Origin: a virus
Lineage: Duplodnaviria > Caudoviricetes
Virus record (IMG/VR): IMGVR_UViG_3300028581_000047
Span: 1-59,039 of that record
Length of the DNA stretch: 59,039 nt
Reading direction: 5' to 3' (one strand)
Part shown: positions 18,061-28,171 of the stretch, one piece after another
Numbering within the stretch: the first letter of the stretch is position 1
Layout: each line of letters opens with the position of its first letter
Translations under genes and position numbers: made by a program
The notes under the pieces: generated by a model
Told to the model about the DNA's origin: nothing
Databases searched by the model: none
The model's input: the letters and a program-made list of their open reading frames with translations, nothing else

Positions 18061-18837
18061 ATGTTACAAGTATTTAATTTCGATACCAACACCGTCCGAG
18101 TAGTTATGGATGAAAACGGCGAACCTTTATTTGTCGCAAAAGATGTTGCGGTAGCTTTGGGATATTCCGACACAGTGAATGCAATAAAACAGCATTGTGA
18201 CGAGGGGGTGGTGAAACACCACCCCCTTCAAACGGCAGGTGGAGTACAACAAGTTAGAGTAATTGATGAACCTGATGTGTATTCTTTGATATTTGGTTCA
18301 AAACTTGAATCGTCAAAACGCTTCAAAAAGTGGGTGACTTCGGAAGTGTTGCCAACAATTCGTAAAACGGGTAGCTATGCAATCGTTAAGCCTGAGCATG
18401 ATTTTGAGTTGGCAAAACAAACTGGGCTACTTTCTCCTGCTTATGTTGACATGGCAAAAGCATTTGGGTTTGATGGTAATCAAGCCTATTTGTCAGCAGA
18501 TAAAGCTATTAAGCAAATCACAGGTTATTCTCCACTCTCATTGCTCGGTGCAGAACTCGTCTCACCTGTACAAGCTGCTGTTTTAGTTCCAAGCGACATT
18601 GCAGACAGACTGGGTTTAAAGCGGCAGGAACCAAATAAACTGTTGACGGCTCAAGGGTTCCAGACGAATCACAGAAACCACAAAGATGCTATTTACTACG
18701 AATTGACTGAAAAAGGAAAACAGTATGGTGAGTATGTTGATACAGGTTTGAAACATTCAGATGGTTCACCAAGAAAACAAATCAAGTGGTTCAGCACAAT
18801 TTTAGAAGTTTTACAAACAGAGGCGCTTTCAAAATGA
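18061..18837 (+). CDS. Bro-N antirepressor-like protein with KilAC-like C-terminus
   Basis: FVAKDVAVALGY...FKKWVTSEVLPTIRKTGSY; C-terminal ELTEKGKQYG...QIKW. Confidence 0.85.
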   Translation: MLQVFNFDTNTVRVVMDENGEPLFVAKDVAVALGYSDTVNAIKQHCDEGVVKHHPLQTAGGVQQVRVIDEPDVYSLIFGSKLESSKRFKKWVTSEVLPTIRKTGSYAIVKPEHDFELAKQTGLLSPAYVDMAKAFGFDGNQAYLSADKAIKQITGYSPLSLLGAELVSPVQAAVLVPSDIADRLGLKRQEPNKLLTAQGFQTNHRNHKDAIYYELTEKGKQYGEYVDTGLKHSDGSPRKQIKWFSTILEVLQTEALSK

Positions 18838-19037
18838 TTAACTTAGCTTTAGCACCAAAATCAATGCTTTCAGTTGAAATTGCAGCGTTGACTGGTAAAA
18901 ATCATCAACACGTTATGCGCGACATTCGAGTAACTGTTGAACAGTTGCAAAAGGACAGTCCAAATTTGGACAGTGGTTTTAAATCAAGCACGTATCTTGC
19001 TGGTATTCTACACTTCTTTGCGGAGCTTTCAAAATGA
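18834..19037 (+). pseudogene. truncated Rha-family gene
   Basis: SMLSVEIAALTGKNHQHVMRDIR N-terminus only; flanked by 14-bp direct repeat. Confidence 0.7.
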
Positions 19038-19912
19038 TCAAACCAATGCTTTTATCAGACACCATCATCAGTAAAATCCAGTACCCTGTCTATTTACAGC
19101 CGAAAGCTGATGGATGCCGAGCGTTAGTACAGGGCAACATCGTTTACCCACGCAGCCTTAAAAAGTTTGCTAACAAACACACTCAAGCGTATTTCAGTCG
19201 GGAGAAATTTAACGGATTTGATATGGAAATCTACGTCGGAAATATCACTGACCAAGATTTATGCCGTAACACCACGTCGGCTGTCAATTCGATTGAAGGT
19301 GTACCTCCATTGAAAGCAATGGTATTTGACCTGGTTAACTTGGATTACAGGTACGAAGTGCGTTTGATGATGCTTGAACGCCGAGTGAAAGACCTGGGTC
19401 TGTCAAACATCACAGTAGCAGAAACCACCGTGTGTTACGATGAACAACACTTGCTCGATTTGGAAGGAAAGTACCTCAATATGGGCTATGAAGGCGTTGT
19501 AGTGAGAACAATGGACGGATGGTATAAGGAAGGGCGTGTCAACAAGTCTAACCCTGTCTGCACCAGAATTAAACGCTTCATGGATGCCGAAGCGATTGTT
19601 GTGGAATTGATTGAAGCAGAAGAGAACTTAAATGAGAAACAAACCAATGAATTGGGTTTGAGTTTCCGCACGTCACATCAAGAAAACAAGACAGGTAAAG
19701 GTATTTTGGGTTCAATGATTTGTCGGACTGCTGAAGGCGAGACAATCAAAGTGGGAGCAGGTGCAATGAATCACACGGAGCGTGAGTATTACTGGGAAAA
19801 TCAAGGTGAACTTGTTGGGAAACTGATTAAGTACAAGTGTTTCCCGAAAGGTGTAAAGGACAAGCCACGTTTTCCCACATTTTTGTCGGTTCGCGCCGAT
19901 TTTGATATTTAA
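19034..19912 (+). CDS. ATP-dependent DNA ligase
   Basis: KADGCR adenylation motif, EGVV, KPRFPTF C-terminus. Confidence 0.9.
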   Translation: MIKPMLLSDTIISKIQYPVYLQPKADGCRALVQGNIVYPRSLKKFANKHTQAYFSREKFNGFDMEIYVGNITDQDLCRNTTSAVNSIEGVPPLKAMVFDLVNLDYRYEVRLMMLERRVKDLGLSNITVAETTVCYDEQHLLDLEGKYLNMGYEGVVVRTMDGWYKEGRVNKSNPVCTRIKRFMDAEAIVVELIEAEENLNEKQTNELGLSFRTSHQENKTGKGILGSMICRTAEGETIKVGAGAMNHTEREYYWENQGELVGKLIKYKCFPKGVKDKPRFPTFLSVRADFDI

Positions 19913-19927
19913 TTTTGGAGGATTAAG

Positions 19928-20773
19928 ATGGCAAAAGTAATAGATGATGCCACTTTGGGTATTCTCTCTCAAACTGATGGGGGTAAGTCTACCGAAGCAT
20001 TTGTGCGTACTGTTGAGGCTAGTAACGCAGGTAAGAGAGACTCCTACTTTGGTGTTCTGACTAAAGCAGGATTACCTGAACGTGGGTGGGACTTAATTAG
20101 AGTTGAAAAAATTGTGGATGAGACCTTTGTATGTGATAGATGTCCTATGACAGACATTCAGTATCTGTTTATCATGACACACCCAACTAGAACAGGTGCA
20201 AATTACAAAGAGTTAGGAGTAGGGTGTATCTGTGCTGGGTGGATGTTTGGAGAGGGCAGGGAAGGACTAGATAAGGCAGCAAAACTCAGGTCGAAATGGG
20301 TTACTAAACTCAAAAAACGTAAAAAGAAAACTGAGGCAGAACAGTTAGCTAGGGTAGCCGCAGACACTTTGACATACGCCGCGTGGGGAAGTCGTAAATA
20401 CTCTGCTATACAAAGTAGGTTATCTCAGGACAGAAGGTTACAACAATGGCAAAACACCTGTGGGGATATAGCTAGAAAACGGCGTATTTTTAACGCAGAC
20501 AGACCTGATAGGGTACTACAAAAAATGAGTCTATTTGTTGATAAGTACATTGATTTTGGACCAGGTAGCGGTTGGTACACGTCTAAGAGTGGCAACACTA
20601 TGTTCTACCAAAAAGAATATCGTCACACTGTCTATAACAAAGGGGGCGTTTACAAGATAGTTACTAACCGTAAGGACACAAATGAAGCTACATTTCACCC
20701 TGAGATGTTTAGTAACCAAGACGCAGCCGTAATGTTTATTTTTTACGCCTACATTGAGCCGAGTATATTATGA
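19928..20773 (+). CDS. hypothetical protein with putative Zn-binding motif
   Basis: CDRC...H...GCIC. Confidence 0.6.
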   Translation: MAKVIDDATLGILSQTDGGKSTEAFVRTVEASNAGKRDSYFGVLTKAGLPERGWDLIRVEKIVDETFVCDRCPMTDIQYLFIMTHPTRTGANYKELGVGCICAGWMFGEGREGLDKAAKLRSKWVTKLKKRKKKTEAEQLARVAADTLTYAAWGSRKYSAIQSRLSQDRRLQQWQNTCGDIARKRRIFNADRPDRVLQKMSLFVDKYIDFGPGSGWYTSKSGNTMFYQKEYRHTVYNKGGVYKIVTNRKDTNEATFHPEMFSNQDAAVMFIFYAYIEPSIL

Positions 20774-20977
20774 TTCCAGAATTCGTAAGAATTGCCCACC
20801 CGACACCCTTGTTTAACGCTCGAGACATTTGCGAGTTAGCAGGGTTGACAAACAGCAGTGGTTTATATCATGTAGTACAGCGTGGCGCGTTTCCGAAACA
20901 CGACTTAACGTTAAAGAAAGCTAATTTTTTGGCGTAAAGACACAATTGTTAAATTTTTAATGGAGAAAGGGTTATGA
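20770..20977 (+). pseudogene. AlpA/excisionase-like HTH gene with apparent +1 frameshift
   Basis: MIPEF...ARDICELAG...YHVVQRGAFPK; removing one T from the T6 run at 20925-20930 gives ...NFWRKDTIVKFLMEKGL* overlapping the pol ATG. Confidence 0.5.
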
Positions 20978-23900
20978 CACAACCAATATACGCACTTCTT
21001 GATTTCAACGCCTGTGTAATGCACAGTTACAATTCTGGGACTGATCCAGACGCAATGTTGATTGAAGGAAAGAACGTCAACACAGCAGGTTACGGACTAC
21101 AGATATTTATCGAAAGGTACTTCTTAAACGTTGCGTCTTACGTCCCATTGAACCACATCATTGTGGTACATGACGACCTGTTACGGGACAAAGACGGTAA
21201 GTATACTGATTATCGCACGCTTTATTACCCTGATTACAAGAAAGCCAGACGAATGGGAAAGTACAGTGGTGAAGCAAAAGCCTTGTGCAAAGCGTTTCTG
21301 ACTGCAATGGGTGTACCACAAGTCAGTTTAGCCAATGTGGAAGCAGATGATGTCATTGCTTACTTGTCAATGGGGTTGCCAGGTCACAAACACGTTTATT
21401 CTGTTGATGCGGATTTGATTGCATTAGCGCAGTATGAAGGCGTGTCGGTGTTCCAGAAGTTAGAATTGAAGTCTGATTATAAAGGGATTCCACCCCACCT
21501 GATTACGTTGTACAAATCACTGGTGGGCGATACGTCAGACGGTTATGGTGGTGTGAGAAACTTTGGACCTGCCAAGTGGGACGAGTTCGACATCAAGCAG
21601 CTAGAGTTTTTTGACCTTGTGGTTAGAACAAAGGCTTGGGACAAGTTAAACATAGCGTATGAACGCTCGCCAACAAAATCGTTGAAGTTGTTGATTGATG
21701 GCAAGAATGAGTGGGTTATGGCGTATCATATCCTTGCTAAAATGCACCCTGAATTCGTGGACAGCAAACCAACTGAAACGTTTTATATTGACGAGGCGGG
21801 TGAACAGCAGCCAGTACCAAGCAAACACTTTAACCGTTTGAAATGGGTCAAGAAAGTTCCGTCTCGGGATGCGTTATTAGCCGTGTTGAACGGTTGTGGT
21901 ACGAACTACTTGATAGACAAGTTAGCTAAATTCCTGCCCACGCAAACGCTTATTACACCTGGGAATCTCGATGTCGAAAAAATCAAGCGTCAAATTAACA
22001 ATTCGCGTTACGTCAGCCTTGATTGGGAAACGTGGCAAGTTCCGAATGAAAATTTCAAAAAAGCTAATCAAGGAAAAGAATTTGTTGATATGCTTGGAAG
22101 TACAATTGCAGGAATGGGATTAACACTGGGGGAGAACCTGGAACACACCTATTACCTCCAGTTTGACCATGCTGACACAGAAAACAACTTAGACAAGCAG
22201 GTGTTGTTAGATTTATTAGGGTATATCCCTGCAACAATGCCCGTGGTATGTTTTAATTCGTATTTCGAGACATCTGTATTGATTGCAGAGTTTGGCGCGT
22301 CATTGCCAATTATGTACGACCCAATGGTGATGCACAAACACATTGATGAACTTGCAGATGAGCATGGTTTGAAAAGTTTGTCGAAGCGTTATTTAGGTGC
22401 GGAACAGCTACATTACGAAGATGTTATTGAAAAAGGTAAAACGATGCAGGACTATTCAGGTCAGCACGTCTTTCAATATGGCGCGGACGACCCACTTGTA
22501 ACTGCTCACTTGTACGACCTATTTTACATCATCTTGAACTTAGAAAAAACCTGGGAGTTTGTTAGGGATTGTGAGTTTCCGACAGTCCAGTTGCTAGCCG
22601 AATCTTACGTTGAAGGCGTTAGTTTCGACTTAGAAGCCGTTGAACAGCAGCGGAGTGAAGATCAAGCAGTTTATGACACTTGTATTGCTCGAATGAGGGA
22701 GTTATTGGGTACAAACCGTATTCCGATGTCCGATTTAAAACGGCATGCCGCTACGTTGTACCTTGCAGATATTAACCCAAAGGGTTCAGAAGACGATGAA
22801 GAAGTCTTAGCGTTAGCCGACCAGTTTGTTTATGAAGAATACCGTGAGGTTCCACCCGAAGGAAAACAAAAGCTATCGCGTTGGGTGGGAACAGAGTTAA
22901 ACCTGGACTCACCAAAGCAGATGCAGTACCTGTTTTACGGTACGCTTGGTTTGCCAATTCGTATTCGAGATTTCAAAATCTCTGAAACACGGAAGAAAAA
23001 GAACTTGGAAGGTACACCACAAGTAAATACTGATGCAATTGACGAAGCTATTTTTAACGGAGACGCTGTTGGCTGGAAAAGAGAGGTTCTTGAGTGTTTC
23101 AGCAAGGCAAAGAAGTGTGCAACTCGTGTAAAATTGTTTTATGCAAAATACCCACTTTGGGTTCATCCGAAAGACGGTAATGTCCATCCAAGGTTTAACT
23201 CAACAGGCACGGAGTCCAGACGACCCACAGGTGGTTCACCCAATTTGTTACAGATGAGTAAGAAAGGGGATGGGGTTAAAGTACGCCGTGCTATTGTACC
23301 TAATCGGAATAAAGGTCATGATTTAATTGTCGCAATAGATTTTGACGGGGAAGAACTCCGCGTTCTCGGGGGGTTGTCAGGAGACAAAAACCTGTTATCT
23401 TGCTATGTTGGCGACCATCTGCGAGACGCTCATGCCATCGTGGCTGCACAAATTATGGGTTGTGAGTATGAGGAATTTGTAGCGAACCGAAAAAGTTCTG
23501 ACAAAGCTGTAGCTAAAAAGCATGACGACATTAGAAAAGTTGCGAAACAGGTGGGATTTGCGTCAGCGTATGGTTGTGGAGTTAATAAACTTTCGCGTAT
23601 AATCAAGGAAGACTTGGAGACAACTGAAAAGTATTTAAACGCTAAGAAAACCGTTTATTCTAGGCTTGAAGACTGGAAGGTTGAGGTCAAAGAGGAACTA
23701 CAGGAAAAAGGTAGGGTTGTAACCCAATTAGGTTGTTACCGCCATGCGTTTGATCACTATACCAAAAGTAATTCCGACATAAAAAGCTACTACGAGAGGT
23801 CTGCGGTAAATTATTTAGTCCAGGGGCTGTGTGCGGAGTATTTGAAGTTAGTATTGTCTAATCTTTATAAGTCTAAAGTTTTCCAACGCCATAGTGCGGT

Positions 23901-24141
23901 ACTACTGGCACCGATTTACGATGAGGTCGTTATTTCTGTGCATTCTTCTCAAGCTATATCTTTAATCAAAGAAGTGTATGCAGCTATGACTGTAGGTATT
24001 CCAGGGGTTCCTGTACCAATGCTTGCTAACCCTAGTCTTGGGGTTAATTTTGGAGATCAGATTGAAGTTCTTGATGACTGTAACCAAGTTTTGACAGATG
24101 AGTTAATTCAAATTGCAATTGAGAAAGCACTTGCTAACTGA
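20974..24141 (+). CDS. polA: family A DNA polymerase with 5'-3' and 3'-5' exonuclease domains
   Basis: EADDVIA and GDTSDGYGG (5' exo); DWET and YGADD (3' exo); motif A DFDGEELR, motif B RKVAKQVGFASAYG, motif C YDE. Confidence 0.9.
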   Translation: MTQPIYALLDFNACVMHSYNSGTDPDAMLIEGKNVNTAGYGLQIFIERYFLNVASYVPLNHIIVVHDDLLRDKDGKYTDYRTLYYPDYKKARRMGKYSGEAKALCKAFLTAMGVPQVSLANVEADDVIAYLSMGLPGHKHVYSVDADLIALAQYEGVSVFQKLELKSDYKGIPPHLITLYKSLVGDTSDGYGGVRNFGPAKWDEFDIKQLEFFDLVVRTKAWDKLNIAYERSPTKSLKLLIDGKNEWVMAYHILAKMHPEFVDSKPTETFYIDEAGEQQPVPSKHFNRLKWVKKVPSRDALLAVLNGCGTNYLIDKLAKFLPTQTLITPGNLDVEKIKRQINNSRYVSLDWETWQVPNENFKKANQGKEFVDMLGSTIAGMGLTLGENLEHTYYLQFDHADTENNLDKQVLLDLLGYIPATMPVVCFNSYFETSVLIAEFGASLPIMYDPMVMHKHIDELADEHGLKSLSKRYLGAEQLHYEDVIEKGKTMQDYSGQHVFQYGADDPLVTAHLYDLFYIILNLEKTWEFVRDCEFPTVQLLAESYVEGVSFDLEAVEQQRSEDQAVYDTCIARMRELLGTNRIPMSDLKRHAATLYLADINPKGSEDDEEVLALADQFVYEEYREVPPEGKQKLSRWVGTELNLDSPKQMQYLFYGTLGLPIRIRDFKISETRKKKNLEGTPQVNTDAIDEAIFNGDAVGWKREVLECFSKAKKCATRVKLFYAKYPLWVHPKDGNVHPRFNSTGTESRRPTGGSPNLLQMSKKGDGVKVRRAIVPNRNKGHDLIVAIDFDGEELRVLGGLSGDKNLLSCYVGDHLRDAHAIVAAQIMGCEYEEFVANRKSSDKAVAKKHDDIRKVAKQVGFASAYGCGVNKLSRIIKEDLETTEKYLNAKKTVYSRLEDWKVEVKEELQEKGRVVTQLGCYRHAFDHYTKSNSDIKSYYERSAVNYLVQGLCAEYLKLVLSNLYKSKVFQRHSAVLLAPIYDEVVISVHSSQAISLIKEVYAAMTVGIPGVPVPMLANPSLGVNFGDQIEVLDDCNQVLTDELIQIAIEKALAN

Positions 24142-24151
24142 TTTACTATTT

Positions 24152-24177
24152 GCGGTAGCATCTGCTGCCGCCTTTTT
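24152..24177 (+). terminator. Rho-independent terminator
   Basis: GCGGTAGCA-tc-TGCTGCCGC followed by a T run. Confidence 0.6.
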
Positions 24178-24196
24178 ATATTTGGAGATATTTGAG

Positions 24197-24952
24197 ATGA
24201 GCAATTTACAAGTTTTTAACTTTGATGCAAACACAGCAATCCGCACATCAATGGTTGATGGAGTTATTTGGTTTGTGGCAAAAGACATGGCGGAAGCGTT
24301 GGAATACCCTGAGTCTAAAAACGCACTACGGCTTTGCAAAAATTCCAATTCGCCCCCAAATGGCGAATTAAACAAAATCAACGACTTACCTCCAGCAACT
24401 AAGTGGATTAACGAATCTGACCTGTATCGCTTGATTATGCACTCAACAAAACCTGAAGCCGAAAAGTTCCAAGACTGGGTGTGTGAAGAAGTGTTACCCA
24501 CAATCCGTAAAACTGGCTCGTATTCTTTTGTACCAGAAGTAAAAGGTACTGAGATTTCTCAAACAGCTATTGCAATGCTTGACCTTGCAAAGGCTTACGG
24601 ATTTGAAGGTAATCAAGCCTTAATCTCCGCTGACAAAGCCACGTTTAAACTGATTGGGCAATCACCTTTGAAACTGTTGGGTGCGGAGCTTATTTCTGAT
24701 CAAGAGCGGCATTTAAACCCCACTGAAGTTGGGAGACGTTTTGACCCTGCACTTAGCGCAATCAAGATTAACCTTAAACTGGCTGAAAAGGGTTTACAGT
24801 TCAAAAATGAAGAAGACAAGTGGATGCCTACTGAGCAGGGAAAAGAGTTTGGTGTCTTAATTGACACAGAAAAAAGACGTAGCAATGGAACACCAGTTCA
24901 GCAGTTGAAGTGGAAAGAGTCAGTTATTTCAAAATTAGGAGAATCAAAATGA
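24197..24952 (+). CDS. Bro-N antirepressor-like protein (paralog of 18061)
   Basis: WFVAKD...AEKFQDWVCEEVLPTIRKTGSY; shares AKAxGFxGNQA..SADKA with 18061. Confidence 0.85.
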   Translation: MSNLQVFNFDANTAIRTSMVDGVIWFVAKDMAEALEYPESKNALRLCKNSNSPPNGELNKINDLPPATKWINESDLYRLIMHSTKPEAEKFQDWVCEEVLPTIRKTGSYSFVPEVKGTEISQTAIAMLDLAKAYGFEGNQALISADKATFKLIGQSPLKLLGAELISDQERHLNPTEVGRRFDPALSAIKINLKLAEKGLQFKNEEDKWMPTEQGKEFGVLIDTEKRRSNGTPVQQLKWKESVISKLGESK

Positions 24953-25578
24953 GCAAACACGAACACGTTGTAGCAGTAAAAGCACGCGAACAGAACCAAG
25001 GCTTTTCACAAATCCCTGAACACCTAGCAATCGGGGACATCTGGGAACCAAAAGACATTATGTTGGGGTCTCGTGAATGGTTGGAAACGGACGAAAACTT
25101 CCACCAGCTCATTCCGTACTGCGTAGTCACAGCAGGTACAAAAGTATTGACGTATGCAAGAACCCCAAAAGGTGGTGAAAACCGCTTACAGGGGAAAGTA
25201 AGCGTGGGATTTGGCGGACACATCAACGCAAACGACGTTGCAACAAGAAGTGGTGGCATATCCCTCGGCAAAACCATCATGACAGCTGTGTATCGTGAAT
25301 TGGAAGAAGAGTTATGGTTGCCTGTTGACGTTGACTTCCCTTTTGAATCAGAAGTAAAAGGTTTGATTTATGACGGCTCGAACCCTGTTGGTCGTGTCCA
25401 CTTGGGTATCTTGATTGAATGTCGGTTAGACGAAGATTGGAGATACATGGCACACAAGATTACAACCGAAGACGAAGGCATTACAATCCTTGGTATGTTT
25501 GACCCTGTGTATTTGTTGGAGTCTGACGAAGTTGATTTAGAACCTTGGTCACGGTATGCGTTGGAAGGCTTGGCATGA
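24949..25578 (+). CDS. NUDIX-like phosphoesterase
   Basis: QLIPY...SVGFGGHIN...RELEEE...VGRVHLG motifs. Confidence 0.75.
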   Translation: MSKHEHVVAVKAREQNQGFSQIPEHLAIGDIWEPKDIMLGSREWLETDENFHQLIPYCVVTAGTKVLTYARTPKGGENRLQGKVSVGFGGHINANDVATRSGGISLGKTIMTAVYRELEEELWLPVDVDFPFESEVKGLIYDGSNPVGRVHLGILIECRLDEDWRYMAHKITTEDEGITILGMFDPVYLLESDEVDLEPWSRYALEGLA

Positions 25579-25775
25579 ATGTGTTAAGTAACTTCTTTTT
25601 AGTGTGGGCTGCAACTGGGTGGAATGACAATAACCTGTATGATGTACCCCCACGTTCCTTAGTTAACCGTGAGTTTTTTACCCAGTCAACCGAAGAAATT
25701 GTAGCGCATGTTGAAAAAACGATGTTACAACGGTCAGAAGCTATCACAACTTTATTTAAAAATCATTGGAAGTAA
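25575..25775 (+). CDS. hypothetical protein
   Basis: ATGA overlap, in operon. Confidence 0.5.
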   Translation: MNVLSNFFLVWAATGWNDNNLYDVPPRSLVNREFFTQSTEEIVAHVEKTMLQRSEAITTLFKNHWK

Positions 25776-25776
25776 A

Positions 25777-26460
25777 ATGGCATTAGTAATTTTCGACACA
25801 GAGACAAGTGGTTTTGATGGCGGCATAGTTGAACTGGGTTCGGTTATTGTCACGGATGCAGGCGACAGGTACCACTTCAATGAACGATGCAAACCGCATT
25901 TACCTGTCACAGACGGGGCGTTTAAAGTTCACGGCATATCTAACGCAGATGTAGCGGATTGTAGACCTGCTCAAGATGTGGTGGAAGAGTGGCTAAATGA
26001 TGTAATGAGTTTGGGCGAAGAGGTTATTTTCTGCGCCCACAACTTGCAGTTTGATGTTAGAATGCTGTCTCATCATATTAGCTTGAAGCCGTATGCTAAG
26101 TTTTGTTCGCTTGAATTGGCGCGGGAGAAGATGCCGCATGTGGAAAAGCATAAACTTGGTTATTTGTACGACCTTTGGTTTGATGAAAAAATGAACGCTC
26201 ATAGTGCGCTGGATGATTGTATTATGCTTGAACGGGTACTAACGAAGTTGTTAGGGACTACAAGCTACTACGACATCCCTGCCAGTCAGGTTCGTGAGCC
26301 AAAGATGTTAACAGTCGTTCCCTTTGGAAAACACAAGGGGTTACAGTTCGCGGAAGTACCTCACGATTACTTGAGATGGGTTTACGATAAACACAGTAAT
26401 CAGGATGCCGCATACACGGCTGGAGTTTTACTTGGCAAAGAACAACGGAAAAGCTCTTGA
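25777..26460 (+). CDS. DEDDh 3'-5' exonuclease (ExoX-like)
   Basis: DTET, HNLQFD, HSALDD; C-terminal PFGKHKG...VPHDYLRW. Confidence 0.85.
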   Translation: MALVIFDTETSGFDGGIVELGSVIVTDAGDRYHFNERCKPHLPVTDGAFKVHGISNADVADCRPAQDVVEEWLNDVMSLGEEVIFCAHNLQFDVRMLSHHISLKPYAKFCSLELAREKMPHVEKHKLGYLYDLWFDEKMNAHSALDDCIMLERVLTKLLGTTSYYDIPASQVREPKMLTVVPFGKHKGLQFAEVPHDYLRWVYDKHSNQDAAYTAGVLLGKEQRKSS

Positions 26461-26860
26461 AGCTAAAATCAGTAAAGTTTTAAAACTTTACGCAGCTAAG
26501 AACAAGAGTTTAGATCATCGTTTCGTAGATAAAACCCAGGCAATGTCTGGGTTTGTTACAGCACCCCCTGGAGACTATATGTTGTTGACTCCTGGCGGTG
26601 CTATTTTAATTGAAGCTAAAAGCACAAACACAGGCAGGGGCTTATTATCGTTAGCACACAAAAATAAAATACAAATTGCATCACACAGAATGTGGGCAAG
26701 AGCAGGGCATCCGTCGTTGTATCTTTATATGGATTTAGAGAGTGATGTCATTGAGTGGCACCTCGGAACTAACGTTGTCGAGAAGATTAACAAACCATTA
26801 TTCATCGGCAAAAGTGCAGCGATGCTGAGTTCATTAAGTGCAATCGTGGAGGATTTATGA
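26405..26860 (+). CDS. PD-(D/E)XK nuclease, probable Holliday junction resolvase (RecU-like)
   Basis: PGDY...LIEAKST; start uncertain. Confidence 0.65.
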   Translation: MPHTRLEFYLAKNNGKALEAKISKVLKLYAAKNKSLDHRFVDKTQAMSGFVTAPPGDYMLLTPGGAILIEAKSTNTGRGLLSLAHKNKIQIASHRMWARAGHPSLYLYMDLESDVIEWHLGTNVVEKINKPLFIGKSAAMLSSLSAIVEDL

Positions 26861-26967
26861 TTGAACATTTTCTTCACAACACAGCCCATTTCTACACGTT
26901 TGTAGTTGCATGGGGTGTAGTGCTTGTACTGATGCTTATTTTTGATATTAAGAGATTAAACAAATGA
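26857..26967 (+). CDS. 36-aa membrane peptide
   Basis: Read manually; GGAGG RBS, hydrophobic stretch, ATGA overlaps. Confidence 0.45.
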   Translation: MIEHFLHNTAHFYTFVVAWGVVLVLMLIFDIKRLNK

Positions 26968-27980
26968 TTACCATTTTTAGTGACCCACACCTCGGGTTGA
27001 ACCGCACGAGCCATACAACTCCTGCTTCCCGTGAGCGTTTAAAGGAAGCGTTGTACAAGCAGGCAAAAGCGTTAGCACCCTTTACTATTAAACCTCTGAC
27101 AGACGTGTACTGCCTGGGCGACTTATATGATACTTACTGGTCAGACGCTAACACGGTTAAGCAAGGGCTAGAGATTTATCAGCACGTTGACGTATGCTTG
27201 ATTGGAAACCATGACTTTTCCCAACGGGCTAATGCAACATCCGCTTTAAGACTTTGCCATGACATCATGGAGGATGCTTGGGATGAACCAAGTGAGGCTT
27301 CGGTCAAAACTACCCATGCCGAGGGGTTTTCTATTCAGTATGTGAACCACAAGATGACCCAACAGTTATTTGATGCGTCATTAGAAAAAGTAAGGAAGGT
27401 AGGCGGTGTTTTATTCCTGCACTGCAACTTTGACAACGGGTTTGCAACCGACGAAGCGAGTTTAAACTTGAGCCGAGCGCAAGCTGAAGCGTTACTGGAA
27501 AAAGTAGACTTAGTGTTTTCTGGACACGAACACACAAGCGCAGCACACTTTAATGGTCGTTTGATTATGACAGGGAACACACACCCGACTTCATTCTCAG
27601 ACATTTCAGATAAGTATTCGTGGCACGTTGACAAAGATTTAAAAGTGACCAGGGAGTTGATTTGGAGTACGAACTACGCTGTAAAACTGGATTATGCCCA
27701 TTTACTCGAAGGGTCTTGCGATTTAGTCCACATGGAGTTCATCGAGATAGTAGGACAAGCAGAACGTGCTGAACTGCCTAAAATTGCCCGTGCAGTTGCC
27801 AATCTCTGGAAAACATGTCCCAATGCTTACATGATTAAAAACTCTGTCACTTGCGAGCAGTTTGATGCTGAGAAAGTGGACGAAGTTCACATTGCTGATG
27901 TGATTACTACGTTATCCGCAGAGCTATCCCACACGAAGTTAAATACATTGTGGAAACATTATGTGGGGCGAGTGCAATGA
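26964..27980 (+). CDS. SbcD/Mre11-like metallophosphoesterase nuclease
   Basis: DPHLG, GDLYD, GNHD and GHEH motifs. Confidence 0.85.
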   Translation: MITIFSDPHLGLNRTSHTTPASRERLKEALYKQAKALAPFTIKPLTDVYCLGDLYDTYWSDANTVKQGLEIYQHVDVCLIGNHDFSQRANATSALRLCHDIMEDAWDEPSEASVKTTHAEGFSIQYVNHKMTQQLFDASLEKVRKVGGVLFLHCNFDNGFATDEASLNLSRAQAEALLEKVDLVFSGHEHTSAAHFNGRLIMTGNTHPTSFSDISDKYSWHVDKDLKVTRELIWSTNYAVKLDYAHLLEGSCDLVHMEFIEIVGQAERAELPKIARAVANLWKTCPNAYMIKNSVTCEQFDAEKVDEVHIADVITTLSAELSHTKLNTLWKHYVGRVQ

Positions 27981-28171
27981 TAACGTATCCTGAGGTGTTG
28001 GAACGCATGGGTGTGACGGAAATGGCATTAGATATGGCGATCTATTCGGGTCGCCTACCAAAACCGAGAGAAACTGTTTTTGGGGTGCATCGTTGGGCAG
28101 CAAGAAAACTTGAACCACACTTGGTTAACTGGGAAGCTCAAATTAAGCGGAGAAATAAAAATGATACATAA
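27977..28171 (+). CDS. small HTH (AlpA/Xis-like) protein
   Basis: EVLERMGVT...GRLPKP...RW. Confidence 0.55.
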   Translation: MITYPEVLERMGVTEMALDMAIYSGRLPKPRETVFGVHRWAARKLEPHLVNWEAQIKRRNKNDT

